DNA of 39,807 nt from Octopus bimaculoides (Eukaryota). Numbering within the stretch: the first letter of the stretch is position 1; the number at the start of each line of letters is the position of its first letter. The notes under the pieces were generated by a model, which did no database searches, was not told where the DNA came from, and worked only from the letters and a program-made list of their open reading frames with translations. A program made the position numbers and the translations under genes. Where the stretch lies: contig NC_068992.1 in the NCBI RefSeq assembly GCF_001194135.2, positions 46,992,180-47,031,986 on the forward strand, given 5' to 3'. This document shows, piece after piece, positions 38,008 to 39,807 of this stretch.

Positions 38008-38358
38008 TTAAGAATGTTTTGGACAAAACATAAAGAAATCCCAATGGATGAGTGCTACAACAAGCAAATATAAAAGGATCATTACCTTCAATTATTTAAA
38101 GGAAAGGGAAACTGAAGCACTTTGGTCACTTAGTAAGAGCACAAGGTAAATCAAACTGTTACTCGAAGGAAAGATAAATGGCAAATGCTCAACAGGGAAA
38201 CCTAGAACAAACCGGTTTGATAACATCAAGGACTGGACTAAACTATCATATTGTGAATGTGTAGGTATGATAGAGGAAAGACCCGAATGGAGATCCTTGA
38301 TATTGAACCTGCCGAGAGCAGACAATATCTGATGATGATGGTCATAATGATGATGATG
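38008..38358 (+). mobile_element. 3' end of an RTE-clade LINE (frameshifted, 5'-truncated) with (TGA)n tail
   Basis: Translates LRMFWTKHK...RKGKLKHFGHLVRAQG / LLEGKINGKCSTGKPRTNRFDNIKDWTKLSYCECVGMIEERPEWRSLILNLPRADNI* (TGA at 38330), then tgatgatg. This matches the RTE C-terminal FGH...LEGK..G.R.RGRP...W.D.I..W...WR pattern. Confidence 0.8.
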
Positions 38359-38518
38359 CGTTTTGAGAGTGGTGATTTTGATCAATCCCAGTACTTATGT
38401 TATTTTTAAAAGTCTATCGGTTCCTTTTGCAGAACCGCTAAGTTACAGTGATGTAAACAAACCAACGCCAGTTGTCAAGCTGTTGAAGGAGTGAGGGTTG
38501 ACAAACATACAAACACAC

Positions 38519-38591
<73 letters not shown>

Positions 38592-39572
38592 CACACACCC
38601 TTCATACAGTGACTTTTTCCGATTAGTTTGCTTGAAATGTATGGACTATAAGGATTTTCTTTTAACTAGGGACAAAGTCTTTATATTTCAGAGGAAGAGA
38701 AATGGGTGCTGGCGACATTCCTGCGCTTTCTGAATGATTAGTATTGGCATCTGAAATATTAAAAAAAAATCTTTAAGTCGAAAAGGAAGACAAAGTCTAT
38801 GACTCTTTACATGGTTTCCGAGAGAAGTGGGCGAGATGAACGAAGGCATTCTTAAACCAGAGACCTGGCCTAACAAAATGGTGTCCGCTAAAGATCCCTA
38901 AGACGCCAGTAGGTAGTGTTAATCCGAGCAACGGATTAAGTCTATCACCCAAGTAGGCCATAATGAGATTTGGACTCGGAATGCAAAGCGCCGGAACAAA
39001 TACCGTAAGGCACCCAGTTCGATGTTCTTACAATCCCGCAAATCCAACGCATTAGATTGATACATGTTTTTCGATCCCTGGACTCAGAGCACAAAGAGCC
39101 AGAACAAATACTGCGAGACAATCCAACCTGTAACAACTCTGTAGAACTCTGTAGAACTGTAACAGCTCGGCCAATAACAACTCTGCCAACCCGGACTATA
39201 CATCTGTTGTTCACCATCGTTAAATTCTCTGAAGCTATAAAACTAAGATTAAACTTGCTGACAACATTCAGTTACATCGGCTTAAACATGACTGATTCAA
39301 TCCTGACCTATAGCATAGTTTAAAATGATCATAGATTTATTTATACTTCATTTATTGGTTTATTTCTTTATCTTATAATATAAGCAGTCTGTTTTAATCA
39401 CTTCGCATCAAATCCCTTCTGTCCGAATGCTTCGTTGACAAAGAGGTGTCACTTGAAGCTAATCACTCTCTGTAAATATATTGCCACTTCAGCCTCTCGA
39501 GTCAAGTACGAGTATCTCCACCACCACCCAAGAGTTCAATGAATTGAAGCTTCAAATAATCTTCTGAATGGA

Positions 39573-39646
<74 letters not shown>

Positions 39647-39650
39647 TGAA

Positions 39651-39807
39651 CTACAGACAGTACACGGCTTTACCAAGGAAATAGACATGAAATTCGGATT
39701 AGAAAAATGTGCCAAAGCAACCCTGAAAAGAGGAAAATTAGTTAAAAGTAGCAATATAACACTAGATAAAGCCAATGAAATAAGAGAACTAGACGAAAGC
39801 CAACCAT
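39651..39807 (+). mobile_element. Reverse-transcriptase fragment of a 5'-truncated REL-type (R4/Dong-like) non-LTR element, continuing beyond the window
   Basis: Open frame LQTVHGFTKEIDMKFGLEKCAKATLKRGKLVKSSNITLDKANEIRELDESQP corresponds to the RT region after YMDD (F..DI.M.FGL.KCAK, leading towards YKYLG). It starts directly after an (AAT)n tract. Confidence 0.8.

Overview
AT-rich, microsatellite-saturated animal genomic DNA with 14 assembly gaps (about 5.5 kb of N). The repeat landscape looks like an octopus/coleoid cephalopod draft genome; this is inferred from recalled repeat families, not proven. The only supported host gene is a minus-strand PRDM14 orthologue (PR/SET domain plus C2H2 zinc fingers). 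Three coding exons are present: 36868-36601 (C-terminal half of the PR domain), 23850-23721 (first zinc finger and start of the second) and 10979-10853 (rest of the second finger and the third). They have canonical AG/GT sites and compatible phases across two ~12.7 kb introns. The 5' exons and the last zinc-finger exons are not visible. The remainder is intronic: many tRNA-headed SINEs of at least three families, a hAT-like MITE and a TTAA-flanked MITE, an RTE LINE 3' end, two pieces of REL-endonuclease (R4/Dong-like) non-LTR elements, and a repeat with a minimal hammerhead-ribozyme-like motif. Almost all other ORFs in the track are microsatellite or gap artefacts. No new protein-coding system is supported. 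The best leads are the hammerhead-like motif, an internally deleted REL-LINE, inverted SINE pairs bracketing both zinc-finger exons, an E-box cluster and dispersed YY1/Pho sites.
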